A stretch of 64,000 nt of DNA from Oikopleura dioica (Eukaryota > Animalia > Chordata). The DNA is taken from positions 5,146,001-5,210,000 of the forward strand of contig OU015568.1 in NCBI GenBank assembly GCA_907165135.1. Reading direction: 5' to 3'. This document shows positions 23,779 to 35,329 of this stretch, in pieces. The notes beneath the pieces are model-generated. The model worked only from the letters and a program-made list of their open reading frames with translations. It did no database searches and was not told where the DNA came from. A program made the position numbers and the translations under genes. Numbering within the stretch: the first letter of the stretch is position 1; every line of letters starts with the position of its first letter.

Positions 23779-26231
23779 ATGACGACGACGGAAAGATTGA
23801 GTGATGCTCAGATGAGAAGATTTGTTGCGACATTGACAGAGACTGTATCCAGGTTGACGGACAGTATCAAGACGCTAGAATTCAAGGTAAGGAGCCTTTT
23901 AAAAGCTTTTAAATAACGTCAAACTGCGAATAGACCCTAAAGAGTCAGTAAACCAGATCAAGCGGTCGTTGACATAGACGTGCTTTTTTTAAGGTTAAGG
24001 AAGTTATTTCTCTTCGTACCTCTTTTTAGACCGGGAACACCATACATATTTGGAATCAGCAGGAAATTTTAAGAACTTTGACCGTTTTAGTTTCTCAAAT
24101 TTCCACTTCCGGTCCGATTCTAGAGCCGGAAGTTGACGAAATTTTGAGTTTGGGCAACTTGTGACCTATCAAATTGATGCTCAGAAGATTTTGAGTCATC
24201 ACATCTACAAATTATTCAAAAAGACCGTCCCAACCGCGGACAAACCGACCGGCAAAACAAGGAAAAAAGGCATAAATTTGTGATTTTTCTTTCAGTTTTT
24301 AGCGGATGATTTGACCGCGGTCGGCATTGATTCTTATCTCAGATGATAGGAAATCTTCTGAGCATCAATTTGATAGGTCACAAGTTGCCCAAACTCAAAA
24401 ATTTCGTCAACTTCCGGCTCTAGAATCGGACCGGAAGTGGAAATTTGAGAAACTAAAACGGTCAAAGTTCTTAAAATTTCCTGCTGATTCCAAATATGTA
24501 TGGTGTTCCCGGTCTAAAAAGAGGTACGAAGAGAAATAACTTCCTTAACCTTAAAAAAAGCACGTCATACGCTTTGATCAGATTTAGTGATCCGTGACAG
24601 TGCACTTTTTAATTCAGTCCCAATAAAGATCTTTATGTAACAGATGCTAATCGTTTTATGATCCCTCTGTAAGTATTTAACCTCAAACTTCCTTACTCTG
24701 AGCCACAAAATCTCAAAAGGTTTTTTCCCTTTTCAATCTATGCACGATTTCGTCGGGCCCTCCATAATGCAGAAATACACGATCGTCAAGATTCTTGAGG
24801 AATGAGAGCCGGAAGAAAACAAGTAAGAAAAAGCCGCCCAGCTGCAGAAGTGGCGAATCGATTCTTGTTTTCTTCTGGCCGTCGTTTCCGCCATCGCTTT
24901 TTGCTGCATCCTGTCTACAGTGTCGAATTTCAGACTGTTTTAAGATGGCCCCGTATTATTCACTTCTAAAATGATTCCAAACGTTCGGTGATCCCACAAC
25001 TATTGCCATTTTGTAACTATTGTGAAGTTTACAACTACTGTAAGGCTTACAGTGTAAGCTGCTACTTTTTATATTCTTGAATAAAATAATTCTTACAGCA
25101 ATCTCCTCAATGAATGCTTTAGGTCTCCGCATCAGAAAACAACTACATTTCCGTCCTAAAAAAGCTCAACGAGGTCGAAAATGAAAACAAAGATCTCTCC
25201 AAAAAACTAGTCCAGCAAAATGAGCAAATCTTTCATCTCGAGGTACTCCTACTTTTTCTTTTTGGTATGTTATTTGCCTGCACTAGAATTCGTTGAAGCA
25301 GCAATCTCGCATATCAGAAGAGCACACTCAGACGATCCAAAGGAGGATCATGGATCTGGAAGGCGATAATAAGCAAATCGAAAAACGGGTAGAGCAAACG
25401 GCAAGGAGCGAAGGACAACGGGCTCTTGAAACATCAGATTCTATTGCCAAAGGTTGATTTCAGTCCAACTGTAACTTACAGTTGCATATCAGAAAACGAA
25501 GTTTTTCGGATAAAGCGCATGTTTCATGATTCAAGCCATTCAAGGCATTTTTGAAGCTAAATTTCTTCATAAATTCTCTTGATTTCTCCCTGATTCTTGC
25601 ATGAACCCATTTAAAAGCTGAGTCGAAAATAACCGGAAGCGCAGAACTTCAGCTGCTGCAAACCAGACTCAATTCCCTCGCCGAAGAAATGCGACTGAGC
25701 ATCGAGAATTCCAAGCGCTGGGCAGATCAGGAGCGAGAACGAACAAATCGTGAAATGAATGACAACATCAGAGAAGCTTTGGCCACTATCGAGAGGGACA
25801 GCAAAGATCTCAAAGTAAGACTCTCGTTGCTTTTGGCTTTTTTATAAATTATAATTTTCTTTAGAATTTCGTCCATGAAACAGCGGAAGACTTGAAACAG
25901 ACGACCACTCTTTCGGACCAAGAATGCAAAAGACTGGACGATAAAGTGAAGCAGATCATCAAACGAATCACTGAAAACGAAAGCAGAAGCCGATCCAAGC
26001 ATTCACAGCACGTTGGCGAAATCAAGAACACTAGAAGTGAGGTAGGCCAATAGCTCATTATTCGTATACTTATCCCTCTCCAAGATTGAGCATGGATTTG
26101 ACAGTCTTCAATCGACTGTTTCTGGACTCCAAAAACTCCTTGAAGGCAAAATCCAGCTGTACAAGGACGATTACGACCGCCAAGTGGCAGAAATGAAGAA
26201 GCTCATTGTTCTGTCTGACACCAGCGTTTAA
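23779..26231 (+). CDS. Coiled-coil protein, FAM81-like
   Basis: Heptad exons; C-terminal EHGFDSLQSTVSGLQKLLEGKIQLYKDD resembles the recalled FAM81 tail (GF..I..S..SL.Q.LEAKM.L). Long first intron holds MITE A2. Family call from memory only. Confidence 0.55.
23977..24566. mobile_element. Palindromic MITE (family A, copy 2), intronic
   Basis: Long TIRs gacgtgc..taagg / cctta..gcacgtc, 3-bp TSD ata/ata, core colinear with 3788-4381. Confidence 0.9.
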
Positions 26232-26444
26232 AGTCTTCCACGATCTTCCATGTTGTTGAATATTTTTTTGAGAAATCTTCCATTCCTTCAAGCTTTTCCT
26301 TTCTGTTGCAGCGAGCTTGACTCTTATTCTTTCATGATAAAACATTCTTTTTTCTAAATAAAGTGTATTTTTATATAAACATGAGTCGTTTCTAGAGCTC
26401 TCCTTGTTTTCTTCCTTTTTTCCTTGATGATTTCAAAGTAGACA

Positions 26445-29400
26445 ATGAATACAAGCCTCCCTTACGAGCTGGATTTTAGAATGTCAGCCCAACGGGCAGG
26501 CTGGCATCCCGGACTCGCGAAGCTCTCCCAGGAAGAAGTGCTCGACAAGTATCTGACGCTTTATGACAAGCACGAGGAGCTGAAAAAGATTTGCAGGGCG
26601 CAAGAGGAAAAGAACAAGCGCTTCGCCACGAAAATATTGAAATTGGCGGATGATCGGAAACGAAGAAATAGATCCAGATCGGGAACGAGAGATGAAGCCT
26701 TTGATTCTGAGGAAGATATCAGGTTGGAAAGATGATGAACTTTTTAAGAGAGAAATTCGCGAAGCCGATTTTTGTTTTTATAGGCTTTTTAGTTATGAGT
26801 GGCGGCTGAAATGTGAAAAGCTTGAAGACGAAAATCGCAACCTCGCCCGAAAAGTCGAAACGCTCAAGACTCAATACAAAGAGCTTCAGCAATCGAAGAA
26901 GATCCGCTCGTCAAAAGTCGATTCTGGCCTCCCATTTCCCTCAGGTGGCCGACCCATGAGTGGAACATCCCCTGCTCGTCAAGCGAAATCAGCGACTGTA
27001 ACGGCGAATTCGATCAGAACTGGCATGAGGAGAGTCGAGTCAAGCCCGCAGCTGAGGAGTCTTCAGCAGCATTTGGACGTAGCAAACCAGGAAAACGAAA
27101 ATATGCTCGAAGCAATAAGCCATCTTCAGCGACAACTAGCCCAGACAGAAGCGACTAACAAAAGCCTCAACACGCAGCTTTCTCAAAAGAACGAAATGCT
27201 CAACTTCTCTTCCGCAAATCTCAATACCCACCAGAAATCGCTGAAAACCGAGATTTCCAACATGCGACGAAATCTGAACAAAAGCCAAACTGAAATTCAA
27301 ACGCTCCAGTTTGAAATCGACGCCAAAGATTCAAAAGTAACTCTTTTGGAACAGCAGCTCAGCGCGGCGATAGAAGCTCAAAAAGCGACGCTAGAAGAGC
27401 TTGATGCTGTCAGACGAGACTTTTCGAGCGAAATCGAGAGGAATAAAAAGCTTCAAAGTGACAGAAGAGCGCTGGTTCTTCTCAAGGAAGAGCTTCAAAC
27501 TGAAAAAGACACTCGCCAAGATTTGGAAAGCGAGCGCTCTCTTCTGCGAGATCAACTAGCAGCGATTCGAAAAGCAGATTCAGTCGGAAGCAACATCGCC
27601 AAGGAGCGAGAAAATCACTACAAAAGTCAAATCAAATTGCTAGAAGACTCGATCGGCCACGATGCTAAAACTGCTCAAAAATTACGCCTTGAGCTTCATC
27701 AAGAAAAACTCATGACCCAGCGACTTGTGGCGAAACTTGATGAACTCGAAGGAGCGCATAGAAGCATGCAAGAAACCTTGCTCGTTCATGGAAAAGGAAG
27801 CGAGTTGAGAGAAGAGCCGAGGGAATCGACTGAAGAAGCGTTTGAGCGAATGTCAACGCTAAAAATCGCCACGAGCAGTGCTGGAAACACGAATCAAGAG
27901 CTCGAAGTTGCTCTCCGCCAAACTACACGGCGCGTTCGAGAGCTTGAGCAAAAGCTGATCACTTGCCATAGACAGATTCAAGCGAAAGATGAGGAACTTG
28001 TCAAGCTTCAAAAGGAATACGACCAGACCAGACGAGCTCTCGAAGAAATGACGGCGAAGCAGGCCAGAACTATCGATAATCAAAACAGCCAAATAGACCA
28101 ACTTTCTCGAAGCCTAAGGCAAATTGGTCTGGAAGGAACAGCGCCTCCCGTGTCAGGAAACGGTTCAATCAGGCTCAATTCTAGCGCTCTCTAGTAATTA
28201 GCGCCTATTGAACCTTTTGAATTAGGATTGACAAGCTCGAAGCTTATCGACACCGAATTTGGTCAAGCAGTTCCTCTAGGTGAAAATGAAATCTCTCTGA
28301 GATTAGAGGAGTGCGAGTTGTTTACGCAGAATTCTTTCCAAATTTTTGCGTGTGTTAATTTCGGCAGATTCAAGCCTGTGGCGACCAACGTTGTGACTGG
28401 AATCATGCCAAATCTCAAGTTCAGGTACTTCCACTCTTTGTCTTCATAAATAAATGACTACATCTCCTAGACATTGCTATCAAGTCGAAGTTTCCGACGA
28501 TTTCCTCCAATTCCTCCAAGACGGGTGCATCTTCATCGAGCTCCACCGCGTTCTTGGCGGGACACAATACGAACTCATCGGTCGAGGAAAAATCCCCCTT
28601 CGAAAGTTTCTAAGCGCTCAGCACTTTGATGGTTTTGTGGAGATCAAGTCCAACGATCCAGTCGTAGCTGTGAGCGAGATTGCAAGTATTCAGTACGCGG
28701 TGGCGGCGAAAATACCCTTTGAAAATGCGGCTACGCTTCATTTTGAGAAATCAACCGCGAGGGGATTTTTGAATGAGGAGGAAAGTGCAAGTGGAGGATT
28801 CAATTCTTTGACAGGTAACAAATACAAGGATGCGATTCCAACTCGTTCTAGTGAACATCATCGGCGGTCGAAACTTCGACGGAATCTTCGAAAACGAGGA
28901 ACCAAGCTGTTTCTGCATATATAAATTCTTTACGTACGACGAAATGACGACTAACGTAATCGAATCATCTTCAAATCCGCGATTCAACTACACCGCGCGC
29001 CACCCCGTCGAAGAAAACGAAAATCTTCATCGCTACTTATCCACCGGGAGATTGACGATTTTGGTCGTGGATAAAAGCGATGATGGCGAAGATCAAGAAG
29101 AGTACCTTGGCAAGTGCGAGATCGTCCTTACATCTTTGATTCAACAAGACGAGGTTACTGAAATTCTGACGCTCACGGACCCGCATGGTGATGAAAGCGG
29201 ACAGTTGGAGGTCAGACTTGCCTGGGAACACTCATACAGAGGTACTCTTTGATTAGCTCGTGCCTCCAACAATCAAAAATTAAGAACGCCATGGAGCGAT
29301 GAGAGTTCCGGAAATAATTCCAGCAGAAGTTGATTACACCAATCCACTTGTTATTTCCGACAGTCAAAAGTCAAGCCCAAGATCAGCGACTCGATCAAGG

Positions 29401-30371
29401 ACCAAATCATCGGCTAGTCTTCTCAGGTAGATTTTCTCTCTCCAATCTTTTTTCATAGACTTCTAGCGCCTCGATCAAGTCAAAATCCCGCTCGGTCTCT
29501 CGCGAGGTTACTCCCTCCGCAGCAGAAAGTGAAAAGACGCCAACGCCGCCGCCGAGAACGAGTCAATCTTCAGATCCATATCCATTCGACGAGAAGAATA
29601 TCGATGATGACGATGCAGCTTCAGTTGCTCCACCGAGCATTCCAGAAATTGAAAAGATCAAGAGTCCGTCTCCTCCCGTCGAAGAAATCGAGCCAGAGCC
29701 CACTGAACACGAAGCAACTCCTACTCCTGAAGACGGTGAGTTTACAGCGCTAGAAATTGTTTTGACTTAACTTTCAATTGAAGAACGAGAAAATGCGGAG
29801 GAGCAAGAGCCTGAAAAGGTTGAAGACAAAGAGCTGCGAGTTTGTTTGAAAGAGCTTCGTTGCGGAAAAGATGCAGAAGAGACACTTCTCAATTCAAAAG
29901 TCTTCATCGAGTTCAGCCTCTGTGGAAAATTATGCGAAACGAATCCATCAATCGACTATCCCAAAGATCCTGAAACGCCAGTCACGATCAACCATGATGA
30001 AATTATGCCAATAACGGTAAGAAATCTCATAAAAACAATGCTTTTTATCATCGTTTCAAGGAGGGAAGCGAGGAAGAAAACCAACTGAAGTTGATGATGA
30101 ATGGCGAGTTCGATTCTAGAGTTACTTTCACGCTGCTGACGGATCCTGGCGAAGACGATGACGGAAGCGTCGAATGCGAAGATGTTGCCACTGCTGAGAT
30201 CGATCTCCGAACCTGTAAGTCGTTTATTATCCTCCCCAAATGACTGTCTCTTTAGTCAAAGAAAACGAAGATCTGAAAGATCATCTTCTCGAATTCACGA
30301 GCGACGGAAAAGTCCTCGGCGAGCTTCTCCTCGATTTCTCTGCCGCCGGTGTTATTCGTTCTTTATCTTGA
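26445..30371 (+). CDS. RPGRIP1L: RPGRIP1L/RPGRIP1 (ciliary transition-zone protein: coiled coil plus three C2 domains)
   Basis: N-terminal LSQEEVLDKYLTLYDKHEELKK..QEEKNKRFATKILKL; long coiled coil; C2 blocks GENEISL..YQVEVSDDFLQFLQ, CIYKFFTYDEMTT..SSSNPRFN..YLGKCEIVLTSL and FTLLTDPGEDDDGSVECEDVATAEIDL. Confidence 0.88.
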
Positions 30372-30577
30372 TTTTTATATGACTTCAAGCTTTTATTTTT
30401 ATACTGACACACTATTTTGATAAAAATCATTTCTATTTTCTTTCATTTTCATCAACTCAATCTTCAATGCCATCAATCTATTTTTTATATTTCAATGTTC
30501 CAAAAACTTTATTTTTCAAGTTCCAATTTCCTTAAAGATTTCTTTCTTCACCCTTTCGAACTATAAACTGCTTCAGA

Positions 30578-31052
30578 ATGAACCCAAGAGAAACTGAAGC
30601 TATCGGCTATGTCGAGGAGCACAAGCTCCAGCCACTCATGCAGCAGCTGATTGAATTGACGACTTATCATCAGCCTGGAGATCCAAGAGCATTTATGATC
30701 GGTAAAGTCTCTTTTTGCGGTCATTTTGAGTGCCTTTTCTTAATTCTAGAGCAGCTCAAGCACCTGATTTCTGCAAGAGAAAGCGGAACGGAACCTCCAA
30801 CTCTCCTTGAAGCCAACAACTTTGCCGCTATTTTCGGCCTCATCGATATTACTGGTCGTGGAACGTAAGAGCCTCACATTATTCTTCATTGGCTCATCAA
30901 ATTCTAGCGTTTCAAAGGCAGAAGCCCAGTCAGCCCTGCGCAAAGTCGGCATCGAAGCAGACCTTTTCGAATCGGAACTGATCACACGTGACCACTTCGT
31001 CAAAGCAGCAGAAGCCGAATACAAAAAGCTCAATATCACCTTCAAGAACTGA
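30578..31052 (+). CDS. EFCAB10: EF-hand protein with RIIa-like N-terminal docking region, EFCAB10-like
   Basis: EAIGYVEEHKLQPLM..HQPGDPRAFMI|EQL..NFAAIFGLIDITGRGT|..ALRKVGI; two short introns; matches the recalled EFCAB10 pattern (YLEKH..RPEKP.EYLI..MFEMMD..GRGTI). Confidence 0.75.
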
Positions 31053-31207
31053 GAATCTCAAAGTCCGAAAAACTTTTATGTACAAGTGCACCCGTTTTTC
31101 CCTTTCATTTTCTGCGAAACTACTATCGGTATATTTTTATATAATTAATAAAGTTTATTTTGATTAAACCAAAAGTTTTAATACAGAAAGACAAGGAAAC
31201 ATCTGTA

Positions 31208-32340
31208 TTAAAAATAAGGAGTGAGAGTTTTTTGATAGTCGCTAATGAATTTGAGAATGACTTCATTTGCTTTGATCCAATTTTCTCGTGAAGAAAAGCT
31301 GAAGAAAGATACTCAATTCATCATAAGGATTTGGTCTACTTTACCTGTGTTCTTTGCCATTTAGGTGGACTAAATTAATCGGATACAGATTTTTCGTTGT
31401 GCTGGAAAGTGCTACTTCTTCAGCTTCCAGTAGCTCTCCAACTTTTATGTCACGGATTTCCGCCTTGATTCCGGCTGAGTTCAAGGCCTCGATGATTTTA
31501 TCCCGTGTTATTCCTGAGAGGACGTGTTTCGCCGGAGTGGACCAGGTTCCCTTTGAGTAGAGCCAGAAATTAGCCCTAGAATGGACCTTTCAAACTGCCT
31601 CCATCAAGATCCATTTACCTGGAAAGCTCACATAGCAATCCGTCCCGAGACATAAGACACTCGTTGTATCCGTCTTTGTTTGCTTCGTCGAGCGCTAGAA
31701 TGTTGTTCAAATAGTTTCCCGACTTTATGTTCGGATCCATCGAGTCATCTGAGTTCCGTTGAATATCTGTAACTTTGACGGAGACGGTAGAAGTGAGTGG
31801 GTCGGCGTTGACGGGAAATTCTTTCACGATGATGACGAAGTTGTTGGGTTGAGTTTGGTTAGCCAAGGTTAATGGACCAGTTCCTCGGGTGATGATCTTT
31901 TTGGGTTTATTTTAGCTGATAAAAAGTTTGTCCAAATGCAATTGACGAAGATAATTTGCTTTCGATAGTTCTTCCGAATATATTTAGAATATAATTTTGC
32001 AGTCTTTCAGGGTAAGGTTGTAATTTATGGTCCTTTGATTTTTTCAAAATGAACCCGGAACCCATCGGCAATAGATCCTTTGAGGCTTCTCTCCATAAAA
32101 CGCGATCGTTCTATTGATCTCCTCAGTCATTTCTTCATCAGAAATCGTAAGCTTCATTCTCATTTTCTCCGCTGACTTCTTCATTCTTTCCAAATGCTCC
32201 TTGAGAAACATTGGGTATCCATTTTCGATGATGATCACTTCATACAACGAGTCCCCATAAAGAAACCCGCGGTCAGTGATAGGAATTCTAGCGTCTTCAA
32301 GAAGCGATAGAGTTCCATTCACATTGGCAACTTCTCTCAT
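31208..32340 (-). CDS. PLP-dependent class IV aminotransferase (IlvE / D-amino-acid aminotransferase / ADC-lyase type), about 292 aa, 3 introns
   Basis: ITDRGFLYGDSLYEV, FLKEHLERMKKSA, YCRW|IITRGTG, DPNIKSGNYLNNILA (catalytic Lys), CELSR|ANFW, VLSGITR; GT-AG introns 31897-32061, 31576-31618 and 31299-31344 give one open frame. Confidence 0.9.
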
Positions 32341-33100
32341 TTTTTGATTTCTATCGGAAATGGGACACTGTGTGTTTTCGAGGTAGTATTTGAGATTTGG
32401 GAGTGGTCTTGTGCCAAATATGGAATTTTTTGAAATAAAGGAACCAGTTTTTACAAGTTTAGGAATTCAGATCGAAGTTTCAATCGAATGTTTTATTTAC
32501 AGAAAGAATACAGGTCAGTGAAATCTTCAATTTTCACATCTATCTTTTGAACACAGCGCGAACATTGCCCTCTATAATTATTGTTACGTAATGAATAGTT
32601 TTTATCAACTCACCTGGAGCTTCTTGATACTTCGCCAGAACTGGTTAGATAATCGCTTGCACTGCGGCTTGTCTAATTTGAACAAAGTTCTAAATGCCTT
32701 TGTCAGAATTGAAAAACAGTCACGCTATTGAAACATTTTGGCGCCTGAGACATTCCCAGATTTGACATCTGTTCCTGGTTTGGCGATGCGTTGTCCCTGT
32801 TTCCGGTCAGTTTTTCATTAGAATTTTTTATCATTAAATAAAAAAGGTCTCGGTCAATTCTATGCGATTTCAATGGGTATTTTCATTCTATCACTTCATT
32901 AGCGAAGAGGAAAATATATATTCTATTTTCCCTTTGAGGTAATTATAGTCTTCCTCTCATCATAAAACTTACTTGATGGTCGAACTGTAGCAAGAAGTCG
33001 TTACTGAAACTCCTGTCTTCCATGATTTCGCGCCAAGAGATCTGATCAGAATCCCTCTTTGATTTATTTCAGTGTGCACCACCATCCCTAAAATTTTCTT

Positions 33101-33645
33101 TCACGCCGTTTTCCAAGAAAGACTACCTTTAGCATCAATTTCCATGGCTTCCTCACAAGTCTGCGCGACTCTCAGTAGCTCGTCCTCTTCCAACTCATCA
33201 TTCAAACACCCCTTCATTCTTTTCTGATCCTGGGCAGCTTTGACAAGAGCCATTTTGATGCCCTGGGCGAGTTTGAAGCTCACTAAATCAGTTAAACGAG
33301 CTCGATTACTAAACCTGTTTGGGACGAAATGCGCAATGAATTGGCCGGTCATTCGTTCGTGGACATTTGTCGGGAGCCAAGTTTTTCCTTGGGCAGGGAA
33401 GGGGACTGGGGAGCAGTTGAGATTTGATTCTAGAGAAGGGATCAAAAAGAAAGGTCGTTTTTCGGCTTCCTCCTTGATTTTTACACAATGAATTTTGATC
33501 CCTTTTCCTGGTCTGGTAATTTCCTTCGCGCTGAAAAATTCCAAGTCTCCAGGATTCTCAGACGACTTACAAGAGCACGCTTTTAGTGGCCGCAATTTCG
33601 CTTGAAAGTATTCGCTGCAGATGGCATTTTCTGAACATAAACGTC
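33101..33645 (-). CDS. Uncharacterised coding exon (probably part of a multi-exon gene)
   Basis: 164-aa ORF with a plausible upstream ATG after a cag acceptor and a possible GT donor at the 3' end; no recognisable domain. Confidence 0.35.
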
Positions 33646-33900
33646 AATTGTTGTCGATAAAATTTGCGCATAATTTGCAATTGCGCGGGTTTTCGTCAGA
33701 TTGGAGATCATCTGATTATTTGCTGAGCAAGGAAATTCTCCGACCTTCTCTTTATTGAGAGTTTTTACAGAAAAGTCAACACAATCAAAGAATTTGCGAT
33801 GAACTCTGGGGTTTCTTTGGGTCTTGCATCATCCACAGAAATCATTACGTAAAAATTTAATCCTCGGCCATGAAAATTTGGGCTCAGCAATCTGTCTTTA

Positions 33901-34052
33901 AAACCTGACTCAGGGTTTTAAGAGAGCTTCATCAAAAGCCGCATAGCGGCTTTTATGAAAATGAACCCGAAAAAGCGGCTTCGCTAAAATATCCATTCAA
34001 ATCTCTCTTTTAATTTCTAGTGCAGCTATTAGAAGATCCTGACTCAGGTTTT
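33901..34052. mobile_element. Small TIR element of the AAACCTGASTCAGG family
   Basis: aaacctgactcaggg ... cctgactcaggttt with internal gccgc/gcggc repeats; related sequence at 63490-63670. No TSD identified. Confidence 0.55.
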
Positions 34053-34937
34053 TTCACAGGTTGTCGAGATTGGAGGTCAACTTTTGGTGTAAACAGGGAC
34101 TTACTTCCGCATTCTTGATCTTCGCAGGCGAAAGAAATAGCTCCAAAATATGTCAAAATCTTCATCCTCGAAATAAGTTTCAGCTTTCCTACGGTAGAAT
34201 CGATGATTGTTCCTCTGGAGACGTTTTTATTACGAAAGCGAGCCCGCAAGTATCAACCTGGTAGCAAATCGAATGCGGTCGGCGCCACAAGATGGCGGGA
34301 TCAGAAGATGTTGTCGCGAAATTAGCGCGGTAATTGAAATTTTCGCAATTATCACACAATCATGGATGCTCTTTCGAAATCGGAATTACGAGCCGGAAGT
34401 GTTAGAAAACCAGCCTCAAGTTGTCCTTCGCGGGGACGAATCGATTTATACAGACATTATGAATCTCAAGTTTTCCTTGGAAAATCGTGACAACTTCAAG
34501 GACAAGCCAATCGTGCAATTTTTACGCATTTTTGTGAGGTCACAGTCTTCAAGAGATTTTCGACGGACGTCAATTTATGGCCTGACGTACAATGAAATTA
34601 CTGTGTACTTTTTGAGTTTAATCCACGAGTCTCTACAACAGACTCTTACAAAAAGATGCTGGATGAAGAATATTTCCCTTCTATTTCTTATGATAAAAAT
34701 TCTTATTATATTTATAATTTAGAGTTTTATAATAAGATTTTCACTTTGAAGGCCAGAAAACGCGCCATGTCCACCTTGAAATACACGATTTTATGACATC
34801 CGAAGGGCTCTGGATTCTTCTACGTAATCTCTGTCCTTGTTTACCTTCCGCATAAAAACCCATCGTCTTTTGCGAATGAGGTCAAACGCGGTGACGTCCC
34901 AGAATTTCCACGAAGAAAGACAATAACCAAAAACAAA

Positions 34938-35195
34938 ATGAATTTTTTAAAACTGCTTCTTTTCGTCCTCCAAACTGCTCAATCAATTCCTCTTGAAAAG
35001 GGGCTCAGAAGAAAGGGAAGAGATTTGATCAGCAGAAATCACATGCTCAATAGAGTAAAACTTCATCAAGCAAGTAGACGAAGAAACGTCCCTAGAATCG
35101 GAGAGCAAGAATTCATGCAACAGATTCAAATGGCGTTGAATTCGAGAAGATCGAGAAGAAATTTGAAAGTCCCTAGGCTGATCCGTTTTAACTAG
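34938..35195 (+). CDS. Small secreted basic peptide precursor (85 aa, single exon)
   Basis: Signal-like MNFLKLLLFVLQTAQS followed by RRKGR, RRR and RRSRR basic clusters. Confidence 0.45.
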   Translation: MNFLKLLLFVLQTAQSIPLEKGLRRKGRDLISRNHMLNRVKLHQASRRRNVPRIGEQEFMQQIQMALNSRRSRRNLKVPRLIRFN

Positions 35196-35329
35196 ATTTT
35201 TTCACTTTTCTGCCCAATTTTTTGAGTCAATTTTCCAGAAACGTATCTAAAAATTACTCTTTCTGTTAATAAATTCTAGCTTTTTTTCTTCATTTCGTCT
35301 TATTATTTATTGCATATGGCACTTGCTCA

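Noticed and set aside
31208-32340. Bacterial contamination as the source of the aminotransferase
   Set aside because: The frame is only open after removing three GT-AG introns, and the gene is contiguous with animal genes.
34207-34722. 171-aa plus-strand ORF
   Set aside because: No ATG start at the ORF-track position, no motif, and it drifts into AT-rich sequence; it may hide an exon but cannot be supported.
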